64,000 nt of DNA from assembly GCA_010405405.1 (NCBI GenBank), contig MU004233.1, forward strand, positions 189,067 through 253,066. Reading direction: 5' to 3'. Within the stretch, counting starts at the first letter, position 1. Every line of letters starts with the position of its first letter. The stretch is from Microthyrium microscopicum (taxonomy: Eukaryota). The notes below the pieces were generated by a model. It saw nothing but the letters and a program-made list of their open reading frames with translations. It ran no database searches and had not been told where the DNA came from. This document shows positions 63,841 through 64,000 of the stretch, one piece after another. Position numbers and translations under genes: made by a program.

Positions 63841-64000
63841 TTACAAATGCGCACCAGCAACAGCAGACTTGAGGCTCTCAACGGTGCCATTGGAGCCATT
63901 GCTCTTGATTCCGAGGTCCTTGATCTCCTCCTTGATGTGGTCAAGCTCCTTGAATGGATCGTACATACGCGCACGGATATAATCATCGAGCTGCTCATCG
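63841..64000 (-). CDS. 3' end of a gene entering from the right edge, possibly malic enzyme; ends in PTS1-like AHL
   Basis: DEQLDDYIRARMYDPFKELDHIKEEIKDLGIKSNGSNGTVESLKSAVAGAHL*; strong codon bias. Confidence 0.55.
   Translation of the reverse strand, partial: DEQLDDYIRARMYDPFKELDHIKEEIKDLGIKSNGSNGTVESLKSAVAGAHL

Noticed and set aside
1..64000. tRNA, rRNA, CRISPR arrays or an autonomous transposase/tyrosine recombinase
   Set aside because: None recognised by eye; a tRNAscan/Infernal run would be needed to exclude small RNAs.

Overview
Eukaryotic DNA from a filamentous ascomycete (Pezizomycotina), inferred from short GT-AG introns with CTAAC/CTGAC branch sites and fungal gene families. About 27 intron-containing genes can be supported. 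Conserved genes include SKN7, a flbE-like gene, a dim-2 DNA methyltransferase, SF3B6/p14, acylphosphatase, a TFIIIC subunit, rad21, PMR1 and an FKBP-STIMATE fusion. Accessory genes include a NACHT NLR-like gene, a pepsin-CBM18 fusion, small Cys-rich secreted proteins and pseudogenes. Main unexplained signals: (1) the p14 stop codon (TAG) is followed by an 8-nt spacer, a GC-rich stem-loop and an 84-codon in-frame extension, a layout typical of programmed readthrough or stop-loss editing; (2) a family of ~210-bp MITE-like hairpins with CAA...TTG ends, three with exact 5-bp target-site duplications, plus a degenerate copy in a SKN7 intron; (3) a ~740-bp AT-rich foldback element; (4) a decaying tandem duplication of a CBM19-like gene next to dim-2. 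Family assignments come from motif recognition and manual splicing, not database searches.
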